This document shows positions 51,001 to 64,000 of a stretch of 64,000 nt of DNA, in pieces. Each line of letters begins with the position of its first letter. Within the stretch, counting starts at the first letter, position 1. Under the pieces are notes generated by a model, which searched no databases, was not told the DNA's origin, and worked only from the letters and a program-made list of their open reading frames with translations. The translations under genes and the position numbers were made by a program. The stretch comes from Marsupella aquatica (Eukaryota > Plantae > Marchantiophyta), in contig OZ316893.1 of the NCBI GenBank assembly GCA_973895155.1, forward strand, positions 15,096,645 to 15,160,644, given 5' to 3'.

Positions 51001-52865
51001 TCTCTTTGTCTCACACTCTTGCTGCGCGCCTGCTTGGCTTCTTTGTTCCCGTCCTGTCGATTTCGGAGCTCGGCCTCCTGCCCTGGCCACTACCCTCCCA
51101 TATTGTGGAGTCCTGTTACACCCGTACCACTGCTGCTCCTCCTCGTTCACCGTCTTTTCCAAGGACTTCAGCCGCACCTTTCTAGACTTCACTTACCGTA
51201 ACCGTACCTCCTTCCCTTTTGGGTGTTGTTGGCCGCAGCCGTGGCAGTGGCCGACAGCAGCCGAGCCGAGTCCGAGTTGAGCCGAGCCGAGTCGGAGTTG
51301 AGCCGAGCGGAGCCGAAGCAGGCAAACTAGGGAGGTTAGCAGTAGTCGTGCTTGCTTTCGTTTCGTTTCGTTTTCGGTTCGGTAGAGCTAAAGCAAGCAA
51401 AGCAGCGGCGAAGAAGGTTTTGTTTGTCGTTCGCAAAGATGATTGATGAGAAGAAGTGTCCTCCCCGAGCTTGGCAAGAGTGAGTGAATGAACGATCAAG
51501 GTTGTGTTGGTGAGAGCCGACTGAGTGGGATTTGGGACGCGAGTACTGTTCAGGAGGCTCGGAGGGGATATGATGATCAGCGCTCGAGCCAGTGCGCTTG
51601 ATATGATTGTGAAAAATTGTCATCAATATTTAGTTTTATTAATAAATTGGTGAGAGTCTGCTTTTCGGTGATGGTTGCGTTGATGCGCTCCACCCGACTG
51701 ACGAGCAGCAGCAGGCAACAGTTGCTCCGTTAGCGACGTGGGCCGGGGCTGCTGCTTCATGCATGCCTCCCCTTCCTCACAGATCCTCCTCCTCTCCACC
51801 ATTTGCGACTACTGCCTCGCTCGACTTTTGTCATTCTCTCTTTTCCTACATCTGCTGCCGAGGTTGCATAGCTCCATACATACTCTCCCGAGAGAAAGGC
51901 GCTCTTGCCCTGATCATCACTCACTCTCGCTCCACTCGATCACTGGGAGCACCTTGCGCTACTTGCTCGCTCCTCCCCTGGCGCTCCCCTTTCTCTGCCT
52001 TTCATCTCTCCTCCCTCTTGCTTCCGTTTCACTCTCCCCTGCTTCACGTACCAGCCTGTCTTTTCGTTCATTTCTCGCTCACGCTCCGCGTCACTCCACT
52101 CTAACTAAACAGCATTTTTCCTGCCTGCGCTTTTTACCTCGCCCGCGGGCAGGAAGTCAAACGAAGCAGTGACAAACGAACAAACGAGGTGCGAGTCGTC
52201 ATGTGTAGGAGTCGCGCATGAGCACGGTGGATCGAGGTGCTTCCGGCTCGTGAATCTGTGTATACACAACAACTGCTGCAAGCGAGGCGGAGGAGAAGTG
52301 GTACATTGCCGGATCTGGGGTGGAAGCGCATAGCATTGCGCGGCTTCATACCTCGACTGACTCGTTCAGGCAGTGCGGGGCATCCACGGAGGCAGGGAGC
52401 AAATGATGATGTTGTCCAGTATGAGGATGTCGGTGACATTGTGTACTCGACGGAAGCTATGACTATCATCGTTCATTGCGCACGTTTCGCGTGAAGGGAC
52501 CGGGATCGGGACGGTCTGGCTCTCGTGCTTGCACTAGAGGAGTGTCTGATCGTAGTGAGAACAATGTCGTCGTAGCCAGTGGATTATGTCTTCAGGAGAG
52601 GACGGATTGCGTTTAGCAAGCAGATGACGCGGAAAGACAGCTGACACAGAGGAGGAAAGGTTCCGCGGAACTCGTCCTTCCCAGTGTACGACCTGCAACT
52701 GGCGCTTCGGGCTTGGAATGATCGTCTTCCTCCAAGAGTTACGTAGCGATCGAGGCAGGTAGCCTCCAAAGTCCCTCGGGAGACCTGTAGAACTTGCAGG
52801 CTTCCATCCAGCGAGGGAACGCTTGAACTTGTGTCCCTGCGCCTCCTGCCGGGGTCCAGCGGAAA

Positions 52866-55803
52866 ATGCCACCAAACTTCGATTTTGTAGATTGGTGGAC
52901 GAAAGAGTCGCACAGGGCACAAGGGGTTCCACCGGTGGTTATTAGCAAGATGGAGAATCCTAATTGGTCGAAGCTTGAACTTGAAAGTCCCAAGACCCCG
53001 GGGTTTGCAGGTGAGAAAGATAAGGGGAAGAATGCCAAGCAGCTGACATGGGTTTTACTCCTCAAGGCACACCGGGCAGCAGGTTGCGTTGCGTGGATGG
53101 CTCTGGGCCTGTGGACGTTGCTCCAGGCCATTAAAAAGCGCCTAATTTTGAGACAAGGAGTTCCGCCACCATCGGACAAACCGGGCAAAGGGAAGCTGTA
53201 CAAGTTCATCACAGCTTTCTTGACTTTCGCTGTGTCGATGTTGATCTTCGAGATTGTGGCGCATCTGATGGGCTGGCATTTCAGCCGCCCGCACCTTCAC
53301 CTTCCGACATCCTTCTCCTTACAGGGCCTTCCCCACTCCATATATCAAACTTGGATTTTCATCAGATTGAAGTACATTGCACCACCTCTCCAACTCCTAG
53401 CAGATGGATGCATTGTATTGTTTCTGATCCAGTCCGCCGACCGTGTGATCTTGTGCTTGGGTTGCCTTTACATCAAAATGAAGAATGTCAGACCCGTCCC
53501 CAAAGTAGCATCTTTGGAGTCGGATGATCCTGAGCAACCCGACGCTGGCTATCCTATGGTCCTCATTCAGATTCCCATGTGCAACGAAAGGGAGGTACGG
53601 TACATTTCTGATGTACCTTTGGTTCGCTGCTTGGTGGAGGGAATGTGGGTTGCAGAATTAGGGCAGTCGTTTCCTGTGCCCATTACAACAAAGATGTTAG
53701 CGATGGGATTTTGGGATGCTTTAATTTACAATTGTTGCCCTGTTTTCCTTCGTCACTCCAGACGGTTGTCTTAAAACTGAATTCATTTCCGCAGGTGTAC
53801 GAGCAATCGATATCGGCGGTCTGCCAGATTGACTGGCCACGAGATCGCATGTTGATCCAAGTCTTGGACGACTCTGATGACCAGGACACTCGGATGCTCA
53901 TCAAGGCTGAAGTGCAGAAATGGAATATGAAGGGAATCAATATCTTGTACAGGCACCGAGTTGTCCGCACTGGTTACAAGGCCGGTAACCTCAAATCAGC
54001 AATGAACTGCGAGTATGTGCAGGACTACGAATTTGTAACAATATTTGATGCGGACTTTCAGCCGAAATCTGATTTCTTGAAGAGGACGATTCCTCATTTC
54101 AAGGTGCTTACTCACGCTCCTGTCCCATGCGTGGTTGAGTTTCAAGATTCTTAAAGAACGTGCTGAAATCATGGTTGCTCCAATCCTGCTGGGGAGTGCC
54201 GTTGTGAGTCTTTGGTTGATCAGGTTCTGACCCCTCCTGAAGCGCCATCTTACAGGATCAGCCCGAACTCGCCTTGGTGCAAGCTAGATGGACGTTCGTG
54301 AATAGGGACGAGAACCTGCTGACTCGGTTACAGAATATCAATTTGTGCTTCCATTTTGAAGTGGAGCAGCAGGTGAATGGGATTTTCCTCAACTTCTTCG
54401 GGTTCAATGGGACCGCAGGTGTCTGGAGGATCAAGGCGTTGGAGGAATCCGGAGGTTGGCTGGAGAGGACCACCGTGGAGGACATGGACATCGCTGTCAG
54501 AGCCCATCTCCAAGGATGGAAGTTCATCTTCCTCAACGATGTTGAGGTAAGACCTCGTTATTGAATATTAGCTCCGTGAAATATCTTCAAGAGGGATCCA
54601 GGGATTTCAGCTAGTGGTGGAATGGGTCACGAAGACGATATCAGAGCAGGAAATGTGAGTGCTGGGTTTATACGGAGATGTATTCGCGTCCTGCTTGGTC
54701 TATCTCAGGCTGCATGGGCAAGTAGTGCCTATGTTTCAGTAGGCAGGGACTGGATTGTGATACTCGGATTGGAAAAACGGTTATTCGCCTTAAGTTCTTA
54801 TCAGCTAGCGGTAGTGGCTTCAGCTCATGGTCTTGTCAGCACAATTTTCACAGATGTGAGCCGCTTGTTTTTATCGCTGGCCCTGACATTTCCGTTTGCA
54901 GTGTCTCTGTGAATTGCCCGAATCGTACGAAGCCTACAGAAAGCAACAACACCGGTGGCATTCTGGTCCCATGCAGTTGTTCCGGCTGTGCCTTCCAGAT
55001 ATTATTAAGTGCAAGGTTAGTTTTTCCTGGCAGATCTGAGCATTCTCTTGCGCAGAATTGGATTTTAGAACATCGGTGATCACTGAGAAGAAGATTCCTT
55101 TCTAGCTGTCCTGTGAGTTTGATGCTAACTCTATTTCATTTGTTCTGATGTGCAGCTAGCTTGGTTCAAGAAGGCGAATCTCATTTTTCTCTTCTTTCTA
55201 CTAAGGAAGCTGATATTACCGTTCTACTCCTTCAGCTTGTTCTGCGTGATCCTTCCATTGACTATGTTCGTCCCAGAAGCACAATTGCCAACTTGGGTGG
55301 TGTGCTACATACCAGCCCTCATGTCTTTCATGAACGTGTTCCCAGCGCCCAAGTCTTTCCCCTTCCTCGTCCCGTACCTGCTTTTTGAGAACACCATGTC
55401 AGTGACAAAGTTCAATGCCATGATTTCTGGACTGTTCCAGTTGAGCAGTTCCTTCGAGTGGGTTGTAACGAAGAAGTCAGGAAGAGCATCAGAGACGGAT
55501 CTTGCTGGACTACTGGAGCAGGAGGAGACTGCACTTCCGACCATTCGACATAACCGTGGCACCTCTGAATCTGGTCTAGACGTCTTAGCGAAAATAAAGG
55601 AACAGCAACCGCAACAACCAGCTGCCCCCAAGAAAAAGACGAACAGGTTGTACAGAAAGGAATTAGCTCTAGCATTCCTGCTGTTGACAGCGGCAGCGAG
55701 GAGTTTACTATCAGCCCAAGGAGTCCATTTCTACTTTCTCCTGTTCCAAGGGATTTCCTTCCTAGTTGTGGGACTCGATCTCATCGGCGAGCAAGTGAGC
55801 TGA
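52866..55803 (+). CDS. CSLC: Cellulose synthase-like C (GT2, xyloglucan backbone glucan synthase), 5 exons, 696 aa
   Basis: Exons 52866-53594, 53795-54103, 54256-54546, 54902-55015 and 55156-55803 splice in frame. Motifs: [41 protein letters not shown], and C-terminal [10 protein letters not shown]. Confidence 0.97.
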
Positions 55804-58800
55804 GATTTGGTTGGTCGGTATGGAAGGGAGATTTTTTAAGAGTGTAGCATGCATAATACATGCACATCGTCTCTAACCCAAACCAGGTGGTTGTTGAAGG
55901 AGGCAGACTTGAGCCCACGTCAATTGACATCCAACCTCCGATTTGGCTTAGCTACGTTGGTTTGTATTCTAAGTCCAAGGACTCCCAAGGCAAGATGGAT
56001 GGCTTACTCTTGGCATTGTGAGGTTCGAGTGGCAAATATCACTGCTACTCTTTTCCAAAGCCCAATCAAGGGGATATTCAGGACTCAAAACATTTTTGGG
56101 TGATAAGCAAAGTAATTTCATTTAGTCTCAGCAGACGTTGAAGATTCTGCAGGTGGGCTTCACAAGCAAAGTAGACTATGTTCCGAGTGAGCATAAGAGA
56201 AGCAGCAGTTGAGGCTTGTCTAGGTCGCACCTCTGGCTACTCTGTAATTGGTGTGTCTCCATATGGAGGTTTACAGAGTTACTCCTTTCTGGAAAGACCG
56301 AGTCCTCAGCATCTGTCCTGTTCTGTACATCAGCGGACGTTTATGGTACATCTTATCGTGACGAGACCGCTAATGTGCTTTTAGACTAGAGTAGGCCAGC
56401 CTACTTATCAATTGCTGGAAGGTCTTTCAGCCTCCCTTAATTTATTTATGTTAACATTCTCAGGTCATTCTTTTGAGCCCGAACGCCAATTATTTTAGAC
56501 GCCCTCTCAATTTAATGGAATGCTTGGGTTTACTACCCTGTCGCAGTCTCTGCCGGCACCCTGGCTACATCGGAGTTCTGTACTAAGTGTTGCACCTCAG
56601 GCTTATGTGAATAAATACAAAGTCAATGTTACTGCGTGGGAATTCTGCAATTCTTGCTTGAATGCCACCGCTGTGAAGATATTGTCAAGCGCAACGATTT
56701 AATCAACCGGGCTACGGTGTTTGTCTCAAATTTTATGCATTGCGTATTATGTTTGGTGTGGCAATGCTCTATTCTAGTGGAATTTGCTTGGCCAAAACGA
56801 TTGCATCGTGTTGAATGTATATGTATGGGCTGTAGGAGGATTTGTAGCTTTGTTATTCTTCCCCCGTTGTGATTGGTTGTGCAAATTTGGCGAGTTCCAG
56901 ATGTGGGGCGAAGTGTGACACTACGACAGGAGATCTCGTGAGGGGTTCGGGACGGTTCTATAACCATATTTTGATGGGGAGACATTGGGGTACATAGGAC
57001 GGAGGAGATAACTCGGACATTCAGCCCTATTATGTCTGCAGAGCAAATGTGGGAAAGAAAATGTAGTCCCAAACGTTTACTGGGATCGCTTTCCCCTCCT
57101 TGACAGACTCATATTTCTGCAGGAATGTCGTTTCTAGTGGCAGAACTTCGCCAGATTCCACCTTTTGCGACACTGGACGATTACCTGGTCGACAACTGGA
57201 AAGCGCCGGTACTCATGATTACCCTGCATACTCGGGATTCTATGATTGGAAAGACCAAGACTCACTTTTAACAATTCAGTTCATAATAAAGGTGTCACTG
57301 CTATTTAAAGCTTCGAGTAAATGCTCCCCTTTAAGCTCTAGACTTTGAACAGATTCCTAGAGATTCCTAGAGACAATTGTCTGACAAGGAAATCGTGCAC
57401 ATTTCAACGAAAAATTACAATAAAAAATGCCCTCCTCTCTTCCTACATGTCCTTGTGGAGTTCAACAATAGCCAGAATTGATGGCGCTTCTTTCCATGTA
57501 GTTACAGGTGTCATTCGATGGCATACTGCCATACTCTTTCATTCACTTCACGATTGGATTTGCTTGATTCGGAGGTACCTATTTGCTTGGTAACTTCATA
57601 AGTCAGCTCGCTGTTTGTTAATAGTCCCATTTCGGTTATCTGGCACCTCATGAGCATCCTTGATGCAAACCTTCCTGGTCTCCTCTGATTTTGACTTATC
57701 TTCCTCATATTGGCACTTAGTTTTGCCTCCTTAAGATCACCGTCCACAGTGCTGCTCTATCTGGCAGACCTTACTCCATTCGAGAAACGGCAAATTGGTC
57801 ATAACCCGGTGAATCAACATCGTGCTACCTTGTTGCATTTAACCACCGAATGGTTGTCAAGAGAATTCTCTCATACTGACTTCCAGTCCCCATAAATCAG
57901 GGCCCCAAGAATATAAGGCAGACGACTCAAACGTTACATCTTTTGCAGGCTGAAAACGTACCATCCTGCTTACAAATAACAAAATGCTGCATCACTCATT
58001 CATCTCACGTCGACATTTCGAAATGTGGCACTGGCACCAATCCAGCTGTCTTTGCAAAGACTTCATCAATTCGTTGCATACGGGAAACTACGAAACCTGG
58101 ACTTTGTCTACCTGTAACCCTACACTAACTAAACCTAGGCAAATCTAGTTTTAATGAGGCCTCTTCACCTGGTTCCCCTGCTCTGATCCCAAGAAGCCAA
58201 GTAATTTATTGTTAAACAGACGGATAAGTCAGATTGGGATATGATGTCACTTCCGTACATATATGGGAGCACTGGAGACGGTGAGAGCAGCTTTAATTGT
58301 CGGTACCATTCAGTGTCTGGACTACTAAATGGAGAGCTTTAATTGTCGGTACCATTTAGTGTCTGGACTACTAAATGGAGAAGTGATGTACGTCCCTCGC
58401 GTCCTCTTCTCACGCAGAGAGAGTCAGCACCCAGCAAATGGCGAGAACATCACAGAGTTACTGATGACGCAGAGCCCTGGATCCAGGATAGAAGCCCTCC
58501 CTCAGCAGAAGCCCTGAATCTCATTCTTCTCCCGCAAATGGTGGTACGAAACATTGACAGATGCATGAGTCCTCATAAATGGTCGTACGAAGCCCCGTCT
58601 TGCAAGCTTTGGAGACAGGGAAGTAGCCAAGCAAGCAGGCAACGATGACTGACGGTACTTGAGACACCACCACTCCAGTACACATCATCCCCAGGAGATT
58701 ATTCCTCGGCAATCAATGAAGCTGGAATCCGTAAGAGTACTAGAGACGAAGGAAGGGAGCACCAGCTACATGCAGGAGAGTGAGTGCCAGGGCCCCAAAA

Positions 58801-59767
58801 GCGATCCAGCCAGGGCGTTGATGCTACCTCGATCACATGCATTGGCTGGAGCCCTCGTCCAGCTCCTAATCAGTTCTCAGTAATGGGTCTCTTTCAACGC
58901 GCCTTGAAAGCACTCTCCTCGATGACATGCCCGGACAGGTCCCTCTCCGGCCTCATTTCACTCCACCACCTCCTTCTCTGTTGCAATTGCTGCAGCTGCG
59001 AAGTCCGAATCCAACTCCAGGCAGGTCCAGTCGACGAGGCTGCCTCGAAAGTTTCCTTGATCACGTCCATCATTCTCTCCCATCCCGCGTCAATCGAAGT
59101 CCAAATAATTCATCGCCCCGAGTCGGCTGCTCGGCGATCAATTTCCTCAGAGCCCTCGTGATCGGCAAATTCCTTTCCAAGGCCTTTATTAATTAAAGCG
59201 TCCCGTAGAGGATACCGTGAGGGACCGTAGTTATATACAACGGATTTCGGGAAGAGTAGTACCGTAATTTTACAGCGTCGTGGGAAGTAAGTGCTGCTGT
59301 AGGTCGGTCGACCCAGCCGTCCGTCCATTTGGTAATATAAAATGTGCACTCGGTGAATTAAAGATAACTAGGTCCATAATTTGATCACAAAAGATGAACT
59401 CTTATAAATGCACTCCTTTATTGTATTTTGGACAATAATATGGGCAAAAGTATATGGCCAGAAAACGATTTTGGAGTCAGTTAGGGCCCCCATCACACAG
59501 CTGAACTGAAAAGTACAGCCAATAATGAGATTTATCAAGGTGTGTAATCATGTAATAGATTATACATTATACATGTCACATTCTCATGTCTAGGATAGTA
59601 ATGCTATGGTCGACCCTAAACCCTAAATTGGCCGACCAGGTTCTGACATACTTGCGACCGGCAGCAGCCAGGAGCAATTGTGGAGGAACCGGGGAAAGTA
59701 GGTAGGTAGTAACGGACGACCAAGATCATCCTTAACATATGTAATCCTGATCTCTAGTTCCGGTAGG

Positions 59768-59946
59768 GAGAGATATGCTTAGTAGACCCCCTTCTGGAAA
59801 AAGTTTGTTTAATCAACCCCCTCAATACTTTTCTCCAATCTGGACCGTTGATGGACCTTTCGATCTCAGATCTGGACCATTGATAGACCTCAGGGGGTCG
59901 ATCACGTAACAAGTTTCATTTTGGGGGTCCATCAAGCAAATGCCTC
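59768..59946. mobile_element. Foldback MITE (Mutator- or hAT-like), 179 bp
   Basis: Imperfect inverted ends gagagatatgcttagtagaccccc / gggggtccatcaagcaaatgcctc, flanked by the 8-bp direct repeat CCGGTAGG. Confidence 0.65.
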
Positions 59947-60345
59947 CCGGTAGGTCAACAATGACAAATTTTGAGTAGCGGGAGGGGGTAAAGAACGACT
60001 GGGCACGGGATTGGGATTTTCTTTTCATTTGAGTTTGAGCAGACGAGACGCGACAAGCGGTAGCACCAGTAAGGGAGTGCGTGTGTTTAATGCACTCACT
60101 TTCAGGAGAGGTGCATGTTATCCATTGGAGACGGAACGATGTATTTCAGCAGAAAATGGCAACTTTCTTGGAGCAGGAGTGGCTGCAAGTCGAGCAAGGA
60201 TGGCAAGTTTCTTGGAGCGGGCCAGGCTGACGACAATATCCTGTTTCAAATTTGTTTCCATGCAAGCTGTGATCATTTCTCCTCTTTCTGGAGCGGGAGT
60301 GGATGCAGTCTGTCAATTTTGAATGTGGTATTTTAATGCAAGTTG

Positions 60346-62047
60346 TGTTGGGGATAATCTTTATCCTGAAACACCATGCACATGTAAACACCATACAAAG
60401 TAGTCGACACAGCGAGTATGTGGTTCACTCTCGCGACTGAGGCTACGTCCATGGGAAAACAAAAAACCTTTACTTCTCTCTTGCTCCACTCCAACTATGA
60501 ACTAAAGATCCACCAAGGGCTGGCATCAGCCCTGGTTATATACAGCATGCATCACTGCTAACCAGTCGTGGAACTCAACTACCTTAACACTTAGTTCCGG
60601 CATCGCTGACTATGACGCTGAGCTCCCTTATGGTCCAGGCCTGGATAGGCCATCCGGGGAGGACTTAGCATGGGGAGACTTGTGGGCAATGAGACGTGGC
60701 ACTGGCGAAGGCAAGGCGCCAAGCTGGTGACACACACTAAGGATTCAAACTAGCTGAGAGCTGGTCGGGTCAAGGGGAAAAGGGCCGGGCTCAAGGTCGA
60801 CCGTCCGGACCCCCGGACGGACTTTGAGTTATGAGGGCTTGAGTGAGAGCACCTCTTGGGCCCAAGGCCAATGGAGTTGACGCCATGGGCAGCGGACGCT
60901 TGGGGCGCAAGTTATGGCCCAATCTGGGTTTGGCCAATCGGGGGCCCCAAGCGGCAATGAGATCTAAGGGCCTAGGCATGAGGATTGGGCCGGCCTGATC
61001 ACAACGGGCTAACTAGAAAGTTATAGGCATTGTCAGTTGGTGACGCGCCTAGACATGCGGGATAGGGTCCGAGTTGGGGACCAAACGTTTGGGGACCAAA
61101 GTTATCCGGGGGTGGCAGGTCTCCAAAATCATATATGAGGGGAGTGGTGTCTCCCTGGGGGCTAAGGGCGAGCCGAAGTCGTGAGCCGCGACGGTCGCGA
61201 CACTAAAAGAAAATGCCAAACGGAAATAACGATAACTTCCCAACGAGAAGTACGTTGGGGGACTTCTTGGGTGCATTGGAAATCTCTCAAGGAGGGCTAC
61301 ATCCTCCTGAGCTCATTTGGATCTGGGGGCACCATAGGTTTTTGAGGTCTGCGGATGCTATCTCGCCCACTTGTCAAATCTTGTCAAAATAGCAACCAAG
61401 CCGCGTTCAGTCTCTCAAGGGAGCTTGCATTGGGGAGGCAAGGCCAAGTAGATGTGGAGGTTGAGTTCCAAGGGCACTTGGCTCCTAGACCATCAGTTGG
61501 GCAAGAACCGGGAGATGGGTGCTAAAGTCGGGGCCATTCTGGTCCCGGCGTGTAGGGACAAGCTTTAGGACAAGCTATGCTATTTGGGCCATGAGCATGT
61601 CCCGGGGGCAGGGCGGTCAGTTGATGATGGATAGGTACAAGGCGGAACCCGGGCTGCGCCCAAGGAAAGAGTTGTTCTGGACAAACAGTGGGCGTCGGTT
61701 CTGGTTGAATTAGGATGCTAGACTTGGGAGATCTAGATCTTGAAGGGTTACTTACCAGGAAGCTTGGTTGTTTGTGCAGACAGTGAGGATCATTGAGTAG
61801 CGGTCATGTTGGAGAGCAAATGCGGCTTTATATGGGAGGGGCCGCTGGTGGTGCAAGGGGCACTAGGTTGCTTGCTCAAGGTATTCCGTGGAGCCGTTTG
61901 GGCACCAGGGGCACTTAGGCGTGGGTGTTGGGATTGGTGAGGGCACTAGGTGGCAAGGTCCACTACTTAACCTCAGCTAAGTCCTAACTTGAGTTAGCCT
62001 AACTGCGGTGAGCCCTAGAGTCACAAGACTAAGAGCAATACTCAACA
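60346..62047 (-). mobile_element. LTR-like element whose two ends match the solo-LTR family, with about 1.4 kb of GC-rich sequence between them
   Basis: 60400-60560 (tagtcgacaca, tgaggctacgtcca, ctggcatcagcc) and 61965-62047 (gagttag.ctaactg.gg, gagtcacaagacta, gagcaata.tcaaca) match successive parts of 10782-11125. Confidence 0.6.
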
Positions 62048-62226
62048 GTGTGCAGGGCCGAGATGGCGAGTTTCTTGGAGCGGGAGAGGTTGACAAGAAT
62101 ATCCTTTGTGAGCTTTTTTTTTCCATGCAAGCTGTGAACATTTTCTACTTCTTGAATATTATTGAGTTGAGAGTTAGTAGAACTCTCGTTTGAGTTACAG
62201 ATAGTGCATTTTATTATGATCACCCG

Positions 62227-63594
62227 ATGGGGGACTTGGTCTCATTTTCAGAAATTCTCCTCATCTATTCAGTCTGTGCTGCCCGGATCCAAAGTCGTGC
62301 AACAGAGCATGGCGGAGGTGGTGGAGGAATCCATGTGAGTGACACTTTGAGGATGAGTGAAGGAGAAATTACGGAGGTGCAAGAGGAGTGGAGCTCTAAA
62401 GAGTCCAATTTGAATGGCCTGAATCACCTTAATGATGATGAGGAGATTGATGTTGATAGTCTTGATATGTCAAACATAATTTATGAGGTCTGAAAAAGAG
62501 TGTTTGGAATGACTTCAGAAATCTTGGAGCAATTTAGATATGTTTACAGTAGTTACAAAGAAGATTTTGTGATGACTGTGAAACAGGATAAGCTCCATTT
62601 GCCAGTTATTAAGGAGGCAGCAAAGTCAAACTTTTTTATGCAGGCTATAACTAACCCTTCTCACAATGCGTGGGTACAGCAAGGCTCATAGAGTTGGTAA
62701 GGGTGCCACAGGAGGTTGGTTAAAGAATATGGCCTTACTAGTTGGATTACCTCTGACAGTTTTCACAAATTGGAGTGGGAGAGCAATGTTGGTGACACAC
62801 ATGGATGCTAAGAGAGTGTCTGGCGAGGTAGGCATGGGGATTACTGGCCATCAGAGTACTGGAGGTTACGAGAGGTATGACCAAACTCAGAGACTGAAAA
62901 TTGAGGCTACAACATTAGTATCTGCAAATCCGAAGCTAGATTATGAGCAAGCATTGATTCATGTGTCGAAAACATTCGTGGAGGAGGAACTAGTTGGGTC
63001 TTCTTCAGCATTGAAACTCCTGATTGGCAGGTGAGCAATAAATGCAACCTGCAGATAGCATTGACAAAGGGATCAGAGGTATGTGAGTTACTGATTGTCA
63101 ATTAGTTGCCTAGCTGTGACGTTGATTTGTCTATTTGCTGATCTGCATTTATTTGGTGACTCTTGGCAGGAATCTGAGAAATCACAGGATGATGAGATTT
63201 CTGGTACGCAGTGGCCACTCATGAAGCAAAATCAGGTGAACACATTTGGAAATTTTTTCCGTTGTCTATGTTTCCCTTTAAAAACGGTTTCAGTTATCTG
63301 ACTGCAAAATTTAATTTGTGTTTCTCTTAGGAGCCAAATGCTTTGAAGTTGTTGGAGGCAAAGAGCAATGAACTTTCTATGTTCCCTTACTATGATAATG
63401 GGGTCAACTACGAGGCTGAATTTGCAAAAGATTCAATCCTCTGTGGAAGAATGTGTGGGTTGTTTAAAAGACCTAATGCTTCTGTGAAAAATAGCCTCAC
63501 CAGAAATCAGTTTCACAATTGTTCAGTGACCATCAAGATTGTACAGTTGACTAAAGAGGAGGAGGACAAGGAGAACATGGCTTCATCAACTTAG
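62227..63594 (+). pseudogene. Crypton-like tyrosine recombinase relic (DUF3504-type)
   Basis: FFMQAI...AW/YSK..VGK....WLKNMA..VGL....TNWSGR...VT......V.....ITGHQS...YERY, and C-terminal FHNCSVTI. Frameshift at about 62672. Putative GT-AG introns near 63030-63170 and 63236-63330. Confidence 0.7.
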
Positions 63595-64000
63595 ATTCAA
63601 TAGATTAGTAATAGAGCCCATTGATACTACATTTAACAATAGAGGACACAAATTAGTGCTATACTACATTGAGTTTTTAGGACTAGTAGAGCATAGAGAT
63701 TGAATCTGCCAACATTTTGTTTACAAGTGTAATTGAGCAACAGTTTGTTTACGATAGGTCAAGTGTGAAATACCACAACATATATTGTAAATGTTTTTTG
63801 CATTCAATTTTGACCTTTGTGAGTCTTTCAAATCCGACTCTAGGGTGACTCAGCACCTTGGTCCTCTTTAAATAAAGTGGAATCCTTTTCTCAAATAAAT
63901 GTGTTCATTTTGTAGTGTCATGATGCTATGCAATCTGATTGGATGTTCAATTAAAGAGAAGGGAAAATTGAGACGTGAATTTTAAAATGAGAATTGAGGA

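Noticed and set aside
50503-52500. Overlapping 70-140 aa ORFs upstream of CSLC
   Set aside because: GC-rich low-complexity leader with a (GAGCC)n microsatellite and no protein motifs.
58300-59350. Possible small gene near 58500-59200
   Set aside because: Short ORFs on both strands with no recognisable domain or coherent splice model.

Overview
Eukaryotic, intron-containing DNA from a land plant (bryophyte-like, inferred). Host genes: first exon of a BMI1/DRIP-type RING gene (-), a frameshifted GDSL lipase pseudogene (-), an intact 11-exon SPO11-2 (+) and an intact 5-exon CSLC glycosyltransferase (+). The main feature is a 16.4-kb Ty3/Gypsy-type retroelement (26646-43027). Its polyprotein reads Gag - protease - DNMT3-like C5 cytosine methyltransferase - RT - RNase H - DDE integrase - PHD finger. 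Its termini are not two LTRs but split direct repeats (A1-ORFs-B1-GC-A2-B2), an arrangement known from tyrosine-recombinase retrotransposons, here paired with a DDE integrase, TG...CA ends and a 4-bp TSD. A younger full-length Copia element is nested between its methyltransferase and RT. The window also holds solo LTRs, an RLE-type non-LTR remnant, a MITE, a Crypton-like tyrosine recombinase relic and displaced copies of the CSLC upstream region. All alignments were done by eye.
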